A stretch of DNA of 64,000 bases from Utricularia gibba (taxonomy: Eukaryota > Plantae > Magnoliophyta), in the NCBI GenBank assembly GCA_002189035.1, contig NEEC01000009.1, positions 2,604,001 through 2,668,000 on the forward strand. Direction: 5' to 3'. Shown here piece after piece: positions 44,146-55,244 of the stretch. The notes below the pieces were generated by a model. That model worked only from the letters and a program-made list of their open reading frames with translations, was not told where the DNA came from and ran no database searches. Made by a program: the position numbers and the translations under genes. Within the stretch, counting starts at the first letter, position 1. Each line of letters begins with the position of its first letter.

Positions 44146-46572
44146 ATGCGCATGAACGTCTCTTCCTCAACGACATCTCATACAAGCTTTTCCGCGGCCC
44201 CAATTCCCGCTCACGACTCCGATCGGGGTGCGCCCTTCCAACCCAGAACCATTCGTTTTCGGTTGAGTTCTCTCTGCCAAAATGGCCAACTCCAACTTGC
44301 CCGCCAACTGTTCGACGCAATTCCTCAGCCAACGACGGTTTTGTGGAACACAATTATCATCGGCTGCATTTGCAACGACTTGCCTTACGAGGCTATATCC
44401 TTGTATTCTCGTATGCTGCACAGTGCTAAGTCCTTCGACAGGCCGAAATGCGATGCTTATACGTATTCTTCGATTCTGAAAGCATGTGCTGAGACGAGAC
44501 AGTTGTTGATAGGTAAAGCTGTGCATTGCCATGTTCTGCGTTCAGAATTGCACCCTAGTAGGATTATATGGAGTTCGCTGCTTAATATGTATTCCACATG
44601 TCTTTCGAGTTCTGAGTGTGATTTGGTGGAGAGGGTGTTTAAGGCCATCCCTAGAAAAAATGTTGTTTCTTGGAACATTATGATATCTTGGTATGCAAAG
44701 AGGGGAAGATTCATGGAGGCTGTTAGCCATATGGTGATGATGATGAGAACGGGTATTAGACCGAGCATCGTCAGTTTTGTGAATGTTATTCCAGCTGTTT
44801 CTAGTTTAAGGACTTTCCTCATTGCTTGTGCACTTTATGGGATGTTGAGAAAGTTTGGTGGAGATTATTCTAACAATTTATTTGTGGTCAGTTCTTCCAT
44901 CACAATGTTTGCCGAACTAAGCTGCCTTGGTTTTGCTAGGAAAGTTTTTGATAATGCCCCAGAGAAGAATGCACATGTTTGGAATGCGATGATCGGTGGC
45001 TATGTTCTGAATAACTGCCCCACCTTGGCACTTAAACTATTCAGTAACGTACTGGAAAAACCATGTGATGGTAATATTGATGAGGTGACTTTTGTTTCAG
45101 CTCTAACTGCTGCTTCAGATTTACAAGATTTTGATGTTGCACAGAAAATGCATGCCTATGTGTTAAAGAGTCCATTTTTTTCTTCAGTGGTTATACTAAA
45201 TGCATTAATGTCACTTTATTCAAAGTGCGACTCTATTGGGGATGCCCAGAAAGTTTTCAGCAGAATGCAAAGAAGAGATGTTGTGTCGTGGAACACTATG
45301 ATCTGTGCTCTTGTGCAGAATGAATTGGAGTATGAAGCTTTGCTGCTAATGTATGAGATGCAAAAACAGGGAATTTCTGTTGATGATGTGACAATTACTG
45401 CCTTACTATCAATAGCATCAAGTCTTCGAAATCATAAAATTGGCCAACAGGCCCATGCTTATCTGATCAGGCACGGATTTCAGTATATGGGGATGGAAAG
45501 TTATCTCATATTTATGTATGCAAAATCTGGTTTTATGAAAGTTGCTGAAGAAATCTTCAAAAGAACAAGCAGCAATGATGTTGCTACATGGAACTCAATG
45601 ATTTCTGGTTGCACCCAAAATTCTCTTACCGAGGAAGCCTTTCTTCTCTTTCAACAGATGCTTCAGGAGAATATCATGCCAAATGCTATAACCTTAGCTT
45701 CACTCTTCCCAGCATGCAGTAAGTTGGGATGGATTGAACTTGGAAGGAAGCTCCATTGTTTCGCTATTCGCAATCTTTTGGACACTAATCTTTATGTAAG
45801 CTCTGCTCTGGTGGATATGTACTCAAAATCAGGCTCCATCTATTATGCTGAAAGAGTTTTCATAAAATCCACCGAAAAAAATGCAGTCACCTACACCAAC
45901 ATGATATCTGGTTATGGTCAGCATGGTCTTGGTGAGAAGGCCTTAATGCTCTTTCACTCAATGAAAGAAACTGGTATCGAGCCTGATGCCATAACCTTTG
46001 TGGCTGCACTCTCTGCTTGCAGTTACAGTGGCCTGATCAATGAGGGCCTCCACCTTTTCCAATCTATGCAAACTGAACATGGGATAACACCATCAATGGA
46101 ACACTATGCATGTGTCATAGATATGCTAGCAAGAGTTGGTAGATTGAGTGAAGCATATGACTTAGCAGTAAAGCTAGACAAAGAAGGTGACATTTTAGAA
46201 ATATGGGGATCACTGCTTGCTGCCTGCAAAGTTCATCACAATTTTGAGCTGGGAAAACTGGTGGCAAGCAAGATTCTTGAGATTGAGGGTTCAAATAGAG
46301 TAACAGGATACCATGTTCTTCTTTCCAATCTACATGCAGAAGAAGGAAACTGGGAGCATGTGAAAGGTGTGAGGAGAGAAATGCTGGACAGAGGGCTTAC
46401 AAAAGAAGTAGGTTGCAGTTGGATTCAAGTTTGTGGGGATGTGTTCTGCTTTGTTTCTAGAGACAGGAAGCATCCCCATTGTGCTGAGATTTATGAAATG
46501 CTGATGCATTTGTCAGCAAATTTGAAGGATGCTGACTACATACCTCCTTCTCTAGCAAGTGAAGGAGCTTAG
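44146..46572 (+). CDS. AEF1: PLS-class PPR protein with E/E+ domain, At3g22150 (AEF1/MPR25)-like RNA editing factor, intronless
   Basis: 808-aa ORF of PLS repeats. IRFRLSSLCQNGQLQLARQLFDAIPQPTTVLWNTIIIG and CDAYTYSSILKACAET match the recalled At3g22150 N-terminus. Ends KEVGCSWI...FVSRDRKHP with no DYW domain. Confidence 0.8.
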   Translation: MRMNVSSSTTSHTSFSAAPIPAHDSDRGAPFQPRTIRFRLSSLCQNGQLQLARQLFDAIPQPTTVLWNTIIIGCICNDLPYEAISLYSRMLHSAKSFDRPKCDAYTYSSILKACAETRQLLIGKAVHCHVLRSELHPSRIIWSSLLNMYSTCLSSSECDLVERVFKAIPRKNVVSWNIMISWYAKRGRFMEAVSHMVMMMRTGIRPSIVSFVNVIPAVSSLRTFLIACALYGMLRKFGGDYSNNLFVVSSSITMFAELSCLGFARKVFDNAPEKNAHVWNAMIGGYVLNNCPTLALKLFSNVLEKPCDGNIDEVTFVSALTAASDLQDFDVAQKMHAYVLKSPFFSSVVILNALMSLYSKCDSIGDAQKVFSRMQRRDVVSWNTMICALVQNELEYEALLLMYEMQKQGISVDDVTITALLSIASSLRNHKIGQQAHAYLIRHGFQYMGMESYLIFMYAKSGFMKVAEEIFKRTSSNDVATWNSMISGCTQNSLTEEAFLLFQQMLQENIMPNAITLASLFPACSKLGWIELGRKLHCFAIRNLLDTNLYVSSALVDMYSKSGSIYYAERVFIKSTEKNAVTYTNMISGYGQHGLGEKALMLFHSMKETGIEPDAITFVAALSACSYSGLINEGLHLFQSMQTEHGITPSMEHYACVIDMLARVGRLSEAYDLAVKLDKEGDILEIWGSLLAACKVHHNFELGKLVASKILEIEGSNRVTGYHVLLSNLHAEEGNWEHVKGVRREMLDRGLTKEVGCSWIQVCGDVFCFVSRDRKHPHCAEIYEMLMHLSANLKDADYIPPSLASEGA

Positions 46573-46982
46573 GGTGTGTGATTCATTGTTCTGTGCAGCA
46601 GAAATCCATTTTGATCTTCCATTTAACAGAAGACTTTCCGAAGGAACCAATCTAGAGATGTGAATTCTAAACATCTAAAAATGAAATTAAAATGATCATC
46701 GTCTAAACGATGACTTTATATTATTAATTCGATATTAAGTAATTTATATCGAATTATGTAATATATAAGTTGATAAATTGGTAATTTATGATTAATTGGT
46801 TCAAAAAAACTAATTAATTGAAAATTCTATATAATAAAGTGATAAACATATTATGTAAATGATTGATTTAAGAAATTAGTGTGATATAAAAGGTTTTAAT
46901 TTATTTGAAAAAAAGGTACCTTTATTTTGTAATGCTATTGGGGGCAACTTCTCCGGCGGTAGTACTTCGGCGCAGCTGCGAC

Positions 46983-49173
46983 ATGGCGGCGACAGCTACG
47001 CTAGCTCCCGCGTTCGTCAACTTTGGTCTATCAAGAACATACTCCATTTTTCCTCGCCGTCCCTTTTGCAGAGTTATCGCCGTTTCGTTGTCCACCGAAT
47101 TCGCTGTCACATCTTCTTCCATCACTAAATCACACAAACCCTCACCCCCGCCTCTGATTTATCTGTTGCTTCTACCTCTGAACCTGGAGGGCCGTGGGTT
47201 GTAAGAGTGGAAGAGGACAAAGCTGCGTCGCCTCACAATGCTCAGAAGAAAAAGAACGATAGTAAAAGTGTTGGGGCTAAGATAAAATCGGGTGCTCCCA
47301 AATACTCTAAAGCTGCCCGTAGGTTTTACAATGAGAATTTCAGGGACGCTGCACAGCGGTTAGCAAAGGTTTTGGCTTCAGCGGGAGGTATAGATTTGAG
47401 TGCGCGTTATCATGTCTTTATTTAGTTTCATGTCATTTAGCGTTTCCATACATTTATAATCTTCAGTGGCATCAAGAAGAAGTAGTGAAGAATTGATTTT
47501 TCAAGGGAAAGTAACGGTCAATGGCTCAATCTGTAAAACACCGCAGGCAAGTTTTGAGTCATGATGAGTTTCATATGAAGCAGGAAATTTGGAAATCCAT
47601 GCTCTTTGAAGATATAAATTCCTGTGTGAGACCCATTTTTATGTTAAACAGTAAACCATGGCTCTCTTATTTTTCGATCACATGGGCAGACTAAAGTTGA
47701 TCCTGGCCAAGATGTAATATATGTTAATGGATGCCGACTAGCAAAAAAACTTCCTCCAAAGGTCTATCTAGCTCTGAATAAGCCAAAGGGGTTAGTAGCT
47801 CTTTTTTTACTAGTCTTCTGTGGCCTTCTGCTTGTTGGATTGATGGATGTGAGACAAAGGCTTCAATGCTGCAGTTATATATGCTCGGCAGGGGAAGAGG
47901 AGAAATCTGTGATATCTCTACTTGATGATTATATGAAGAGCTGGGTGCGACTGACCCCTTTCATGAATCTTTAGGAAACTGAATACCAGTGTTCAAGTAG
48001 TTTTCTCTAATGATGTTTCTTTGCAGATTAAAAGAAACCCTGGAGTTCCACAACCAAGACTCTTTACGGTTGGCCGCCTTGATGTTGCCACTACTGGGCT
48101 GATCATAGTAACGAATGATGGTAAAGAATGTGAATCGTGCGTGATTGATAAATATATATATATTTTTTTGCGTCACTATTTCCTTATCCATCGGCTTGCA
48201 TCTTGTAATGGTGGCCTGATTCCTGACAGGTGAATTTGCTAACAAGATTTCACACCCTTCATTTAATATATCAAGGGAGTAAGTTAGTTTTCCTGAAACC
48301 ACAATTTCTGCTTAACATAATGTCTCTCCACTAACTTAAATGATGGAAAAAAAATTTTTTTATCCTTATCTTCATATTTTTGGGAGTGCAGATACATTGC
48401 AACGATTAACGATGTGGTCAGCAAACAACACTTGGTTACCATTAGCAAGGGAACTGTTATAGACGGTGTTCATTGTGTCCCTGATATGGTAGAGTTGCTA
48501 CCACGGGAGCCTGGTAGTTCTAAAACCCGGATTCGTGTTGTGGTACTGATTCATGCTTTCAATGCTTCCCTAAACTATTATTACCAGTATGTTTCTTTTA
48601 TTGAGTAAACGAAGCAAGTTAGTTGAAAATGCTGTAAATTAATCCTCCTATTCAAGTATTTCAATATGGAGGGTATGATAAACAATGCATGTTTTGTGAT
48701 ATCCAGGTACATGAGGGAAGAAACCGTGAAGTGCGAGAGCTTGTTAGAAACGCTGGACTTCAGGTAGAATAGAATTTGTTTAGACATGCATTTTTGTCTA
48801 GTGGCTTGAAATCTTACTTCAGATTTGAGTGAACTCTATCCTGTGAACTCTGTTTCTTCCAGATTCATTCACTGAAGCGTATCCGGATAGGTGGATTCAG
48901 GCTTCCCACTGATCTTCCGTAAGTTATCAACATGCATGCTGCTGTTGATTTTTCCACCTTCATCTAACAATGCCTTGAAGAAAGAAAACACTTTCCACTT
49001 CCTCTTATTCTACAAAATTTGCTTGTTGAATTCCTTGATCAACTTGCACAAGCCATTTCGAATGTTCCCAATGGCACAGTGATCTCTTTAATCACATCTG
49101 CATTTCTCTTTTCAGGCTCGGAAAGCACATAGAATTGAGTTCTGCTAATCTGAAGGCCCTCTTTGGGGAATAG
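46983..49173 (+). CDS. SVR1: Chloroplast rRNA pseudouridine synthase (RsuA/RluB family, SVR1-like), with an apparent frameshift at 47145-47149
   Basis: Transit peptide MAATATLAPAF..., then PWVVR, PKYSKAARRFYNENF, S4-like QRLAKVLASAGVASRR, LNKPKGY, catalytic RLFTVGRLDVATTG, HEGRNREVRELV, and LKRIRIGGF. Ends ...LFGE* at 49173. Confidence 0.9.
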
Positions 49174-49839
49174 TGGTTGTTCCACAGCCATGCTCTCTGG
49201 TTTCTCCCATCAAGCTTCGGCGATGCAAATAACGAGCAAAGCCGACCGATAACGGCGAACCGGAGTCGCAAATTATGATTTTATCCCCCATTCCAGCATC
49301 ACAGATTTCTGCATCAAGATGTGCTTGCATTTTTGTGTGAGGAGCAATCTAAGGAAGCTGCATTTCAGCAAAATAAAACCTCATAAATAAATTAAACCAT
49401 AAGAAGAGGCTAAGAGGGAAGGCCCATGATCCAGAAGAGAAAAGAGAGGTGCAAACCGGGTCAAGCCTAAGTTGACCCGAAACCATTTTTATTAGAAATA
49501 TATATATAATCATAACAAAATGGAGATGAAATGACAATCCTAGAGACAATTTTCATTAGAAAAATAATGTTTATTAGAAATAAAGGAAAAAATATTTACT
49601 TACTTACTATATATTGAATATATCTATTAAAAAAAATTTTAAATTTAAATAATTATGTAATATCTTGAATCATATAAATATAATTTTGAACGAGAGAATG
49701 CCCTTAAAAATGACGTCGATAGTTGGGAAGTTAGTAACCGCTGGTAAAACGACGTCGTAAGGAAGCAAGCCCTTGCAGATAACATGCTCTACTGGGCCTT
49801 TACCGCCAGATGCTCATTTTTCAACAAGTGCGCCGAAGA

Positions 49840-51078
49840 ATGGCAGACCCGGTGCGAGAAGAAGCGGCGGAGAAAAACCCAATCCTGATTTTCATCTCGA
49901 ATTTGCTCAATGCAGTCAAGCTTCCGTTTCTGAAGAAGAGCGATGGTGATGATGTTGTCGTTGGGAGCTCTTCGTCGTCTTCTACCAACAAGGAGGAATC
50001 CGTGAAGGATAATCCAGCCGTGGCGGTGGATGATGAACGCGAGGGTGTTGTTGTTACCAGAGTGTCTTTTCCCCAGACCATCGCCCCTGTCAAAATCAAA
50101 GAGGAAGCGGAGGGACCGGAGCGGAGTACGAATCCCGTGCTTCTTTGGCAGGTGACGTAGTCGCGCTGAATCTTTCTTTCTTTTCTTGTTGTTTTCGTGC
50201 CAATTGTCTCTGTTACGTTTGATTTTACGCTCGTTCTTGTGTGGCGAATTACTTCGTTCCATTTGATAAATAAGCTGTGGGTGCTCCTCTCTTCGTTTGC
50301 GTATATGGGTATAGATACAATTTTCTGTTTAGGAATCCAGAGTTTGCAAGGCAAAATGAGGATTGGTAGTTGTGTTGTCTGGGTGCTTGTTGTTTTCATC
50401 TAAAAAGTAGTGTATGGCTAAATTTCTACATAAACGATAATAGATCATAAACTGTACTTGTTCTAATTCATAGAATCATTTGGCTAGCATCTGAACCTGA
50501 CTGAGGAAACTGTGTTTATGCATTTCGGAATGTCTGAAACACCATTGGTATTTGCGACAGTTCTTGGAAGCATTTTCTCATTCGCTCTAGTTTTCTTGCT
50601 TCATTTAAGATGCGGGTTACAGTTTCCTTTAGTGAATAGTTAACTCAGCCTGGAAAGTGTTATACTCTCCAGTTGTTCCTTTGGGAGGTTTAGTGTGTCT
50701 GGACTTTCAACTCCTGCTGCTATTCTTTGAAAATGACGACATTTGTTTGTGCGCATGCCCCCTTCCTAGAAGATCATGTTACCATAGATCTGCCTGCCAC
50801 TCTGTAATCAGGGGAATATGTTCTTCCAATATCTGTGGGCATGCTTTCACCATGCATTCTAATTCACTGACAGACTGTCTCACATGAAAGGATATTTTCT
50901 CCTGAATACGTGCAAAGTACTCAGAATCCTTCTCTGTGCGTTGTTGATGATGAAACAGGTGTATGCTCTGGGGGGTTTTCTTGTCGTCCGTTGGGCTTGG
51001 ACGAAGTGGAACGAACGCAGGGGTCAAAAGAAGCCTGATCAAGATGATGACTCTCCCAACTCTCCTGCTTCTGCCTAG
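49840..51078 (+). CDS. OMP24/At3g52230-like small protein with a C-terminal membrane anchor, 2 exons
   Basis: Exon 1 49840-50151 ends TNPVLLWQ; exon 2 50959-51078 reads VYALGGFLVVRWAWTKWNERR...SA*. The LWQVYALGGF..WAW..WNER motif is recalled from the At3g52230 family. Confidence 0.65.
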
Positions 51079-51624
51079 GCCTTCGCAATGAACGTCATCG
51101 TATGCTCGGAAGGAGACCTCCAGAGGAAGTGATGATGCTACCCCCACCGCCGTATGTTGTATTCCCCGCTGTATTGTACTGACACTGTTGTGCAGGCGGA
51201 ACACGATCCTTTTATGATATCCAGGCCTTCTGAAGACGAAGAAGGCCCGACCAGAGCATCACTCCGGCGACCAGAACACACTCGTTTATATAAATAGGCC
51301 GTCCGGTCAAGAGCTTGCGAACTTAACCGATCGTGTAGAACAATCAGCCGTTGTGCATGATTCTGCAGGTCGAATGGAGCACATTGTTTCCTCGGCATTC
51401 CGTCGAACACGTCGCGGGTCTTCCCGCGATCACTTGCTGAGATGGAAAACAAGTATTTCGGGGAATTTTATTATATGTGCATTATTAAGAGAGATTTGTC
51501 CAGAAACGATGGATGAGGTGTCTTCGTCAATTCCACATAAAGCCTTTAGCCGACTGATTCGTACTTCCGCCTCCTCATTTACACCTTAGCCTCACACCTC
51601 TCCGTCATTACGGTGAAGCTCGTG

Positions 51625-52676
51625 ATGGTTCTTTCGTTTGCGCTCAAGTTTCTGTACCCGCCGCCGCCGGGCATCGTGGTAACGGCGATGTCCTTCTTAA
51701 GCTTTGCGGCGCTGACGAACGCGGGGTGGATGGAGATCAAGGGGAAGCATATGCAGTACTCGAAGCTTCTCAGCAAAAAGGAAAAACCCGCACCCTCGGT
51801 GCCCAGCAGAATTGGGATGATTGTCTTGTACACGCCGGCATTTATCGCCGGGCTTTCCTCATTTTTCCTTTTCCCGATGGGAACACTCCGCTTTACTCTG
51901 CTCCGATCGGCTGTCACTGCCCATTTCTTGAAGAGGATTCTTGAGGTGCGTGTCCAATACGTTGGGTCACCGAAGAAATTTCATTATAGCCTGCCGTTGT
52001 TTTATTCGATCCAGGGTACTGTTGATTATTGCTGCCTATTTCATCACACTCTACACTTGTCTCCGAGAAATGCTTCAGAAAATGCTGTGTGACTGCTTAA
52101 AACGCTTCTCATGGTGGTGTTGCTCCTCATCACCGAAGAAGGCTGATGTCGAGTTACACATCTTGCTAACTGCTAATTCCTTTATGTGACTGCTGTATGC
52201 AGGTGCTCTTTGTGCACAAGTTCAGTGGATCGATGGAGGTGGAAGCCATGATAACCATCAGCCTGAGCTATTTCGGGTCCGCGGCGATGATGATCTACAG
52301 TCAGCTGCTGGTGGAAACACTCAAGGAGCCAGTTGTTGATCTCAAGTACACTGGAGTGGTGCTGCTGCTAGTCGGGCTGCTTGGCAACTTCTACCACCAC
52401 CTTCTTCTATCGAGGCTGCGATCGTCCAAGGGCGACTTCAAGTACAAGATCCCCAAGGGAGGTTTGTTCTCTCTGGTGATTTGCCCTCACTACCTGTTCG
52501 AGATCCTGGGGTTCGTCGGCATATCATGCATTGCGCAGGAAGTGTACTCACTTTCCTTCACCCTGGGAACAACTTTTTACCTGATGGGAAGGAGCTATGC
52601 GACGCTGAAGTGGTACCGGTCCAAGTTCGAGGAATTCCCCAAGGATGTGAAAGCGCTGTTCCCTTACATTTATTAG
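51625..52676 (+). CDS. 3-oxo-5-alpha-steroid 4-dehydrogenase (steroid 5-alpha-reductase) family protein, copy 1
   Basis: Exons 51625-51945 and 52203-52676. Motifs HFLKRILEVLFVHKFSG, GNFYHH..L..LR, YKIPKGGLFSLVICPHYLFEI, RSYATLKWYRSKFEEFP. At5g16010-like clade by recollection. Confidence 0.88.
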
Positions 52677-52846
52677 ACTGCTGTAATGTGTGCTGCATCA
52701 GAACAAATGCTTTGGTTTCTGGGGGGCAATTCAAAAACCTTCATTCAATGCTTTCTCTGCTGAAACATAGATAGGTGACAAAGGGCACCGCTAAGTGCAT
52801 TGTCGTAAGGAAGAAACCATTCAGGGAATACTGAGGAACTGAAGAA

Positions 52847-53002
52847 GAATGCTTGCTGCTGCCCGAAAAGCTTCGCTGGTCATGAAGCTTTTCCATAAAT
52901 CCCTAAACATAGTGATTTTCTGTTGTCTTAATTGTGAGGGGTATGATTGTGCATGTTTTGACAGGGCGGGTGAGCTCTCTGCTGTTCGCAAATCCTCGTC
53001 AG
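52847..53002 (+). pseudogene. Inverted fragment of RPS18 (3' end of intron plus start of exon) at the duplication junction
   Basis: ttgtcttaattgtgaggggtatgattgtgcatgttttgacagggcgggtgagctctctgctg...gcaaatcctcgtcag matches the reverse complement of 56783-56930, with an internal deletion and a hairpin insertion. Confidence 0.9.
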
Positions 53003-53590
53003 CCTGCAAGTGTTACACTCTCTAGTTGTTCCTTTAGGTGGTTTGGTGTGTCTGGCCTTTCAACTCCTGCTGCTATTCCTTGAAAATGATGATATTTTTT
53101 TTTGCGCCTGCCCCCTTCCTAGAAGATCATGTTACCATAGATCTGCCTGCCACACTGTAAGTAGGGGAACATGTTCAGATACCACACTTGGCCGCATAGA
53201 TACAGATCATGATTTTCTGTTTGTCAGCTTGTAGTTCATAGCCCACATGCTCAGCGTCTGTAGATGTCATTTAAGTGACTAGTTTCCTGGCATGTTTCAA
53301 AGTTTTTCACTGTAGCAGATCTGTGATTCTCATCAACATCTCCTCATTTGGAAATGAAAAGCACAACCCATTGCAGTTCCTGCACCAGCATTCATCTTCC
53401 CTCTGCATAGCATTGTTGGGGTTTGCTTTGTTTCATTTACCGACCCCAACATGTTATTCCAATATCTGTGGGCATGCTTTCACCATGCATTCTAATTCAC
53501 TGCCAGACTGTGTCACATGAAAGAATATTTTCTCCTGAATATGTATAAAGTACCCTGAATCCTTCTCTGTGTGTTGTTGATGATGAAGCA

Positions 53591-54524
53591 TGTTGGAAGT
53601 TCAAATAAGGTCACTGGTTCAATAGATGACTTCAAACGTGGTAATGGATATTGAGAGGTACTTTGTGGTTGTTGCTGTTGGGACAAGGATGTTGTTGTTG
53701 GAGAATTCGGTACTGTATTGGGTTTTTTAGTACAAAACAGAACTGTAATTCTTTTACAATGAAGCTGTATTTATGGAGCTCAAAAATAGCCGTTTGACTG
53801 AGTGATTTTGAGATATCTTATCCTCTTGAGAATTTTCGCTTCGGGTTTCCTTTAACAGAAAACGGTCATCTCTTTAGAGGAGATGCTCTTTGCTGGATTG
53901 GGCTTGAGTCATTGCTGGGCCTAGTGTAATTCTGCTTGCATAGGTGATCTGTTATACTGTCGTTGGGCCTATAATAATAAACCCAGTATCTGTATTTTTC
54001 CTAAGCAACAGTTTTCCTCCCTCGCCTCATTTTGAAAGGATTTTTGGATGTTTAGAGGATGAACACTTGTGCAGCAGAAAATATTGAGAGATTTTTGTGA
54101 AAATATTGAGCCTTTTTCGTACTTTCGACCCTTACAGCTCCCTTGTTTTTACATGAATTTATAGGAGGAAGAGATAGTTGCCCGTTAGACGAGTTAGTGT
54201 CATTAACTCGTTAGGTGCTCTCTGTTCTTGCTTCTGCAGCTACTGTTTCACGCGACTGTCTTTTTGGGCTTGTAAGGTTTGGGCTTCCGGGAATTCTTTT
54301 TGGGCCGTGAGTCTCGGAAGCTTAGACCCAAGGATGATGAGTCCGCTTTCCCAATGTGATCGAGGGTTTCTTTTCCTGGAACAAGCGGAGACGGTAGGAG
54401 TCCTTTTCCGCTGGTTACTCCTCTTTGATTCTTCATTGCTTCATCAGCCATTAACACATTTCCCTTCAGCTCGCGCTGTTGTGTCTCACGGCTCTGTTGC
54501 TTCTGATTTGTCTCAGTTTCAACA
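53591..54524. mobile_element. Solo LTR (or non-autonomous LTR derivative), 934 bp
   Basis: Termini TGTTG...CAACA. Flanks aagca (53586-53590) and aaata (54525-54529) each differ by one base from the empty-site AAACA at 50953-50957 in unit 1. Internal tataat/aataaa near 53968. No gag/pol recognised. Confidence 0.72.
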
Positions 54525-54530
54525 AAATAC

Positions 54531-54651
54531 GTGTATGCTCTGGGGGGTTTTCTTGTCGCCCGTTGGGCGTGGACGAAGCGGAACGAACGCAGGGGGTGAA
54601 AAGAAGCCTGATCAAGATGATGACTCTCCCAACTCTCCTGCTTCTGCCTAG
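54531..54651 (+). pseudogene. Orphan duplicate of OMP24-like exon 2
   Basis: Near-identical to 50959-51078, but with no exon 1, an acceptor destroyed at the LTR insertion site (no AG), and a frame disturbance at gcagggggtga. Confidence 0.8.
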
Positions 54652-55244
54652 GCCTTCGCAATGAACGTCATCGTATGCTCGGAAGGAGACCTCCAGAGGA
54701 AGTGATGATGCTACCCCCACCGCCATATGCTGTATTCCCCCGTTGTATTGTACTGACACTGTTGTGCAGGCGGAACGCAATCCTTTTATGATATCCAGGC
54801 CTTCTGAAGACGAAGAAGGCCCGACCAGAGGATCAGTCCGGCGGCCTTGTTCCGGGTAGAACCCCAAGACTCGTTCACATAGACAGACAGGTAAATAGGC
54901 CATCCGGTCAGGAGCTTATGAACGTAACCGATCGTGTAGAATAACTAGCCGTTGTTCATGAATCTGCAGCGGGAAGATCGTTTCTGCAGGTCGAATGGAG
55001 CGCTTCGTTTCCTCGGCACTCCGTCGAACAGGTCGCGGGTCTTCCCGCGATCACTTGCTGAGATAGAAGACAAGAATTTCGGGGGATTTTTTATACATGC
55101 ATTATTAAGAGAGATTTGTCCAGAAACGATGGATGAGGTGTCTTCGTCAATTCCACATAAAGCCTTTAGCCGACTGATTCGTACTTCCGCCTCCTCATTT
55201 ACACCTTAGCCTCACACCTCTCCGTCATTACGGTGAAGCTCGCC

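Noticed and set aside
49145-49549. Small minus-strand ORFs downstream of SVR1 as peptide genes
   Set aside because: No signal peptide or known peptide-family motif; they overlap the expected SVR1 3' UTR.
53176-53447. hAT MITE on the basis of 8-bp flanking repeats
   Set aside because: No terminal inverted repeats at the ends (cagatacc... versus ...gacccc); reported as a microhomology indel instead.
54248-54661. Minus-strand ORF 54248..54661 and plus ORF 54178..54651 as genes
   Set aside because: Both are chimeras of solo-LTR sequence and the orphan OMP24 exon, with no recognisable domain.
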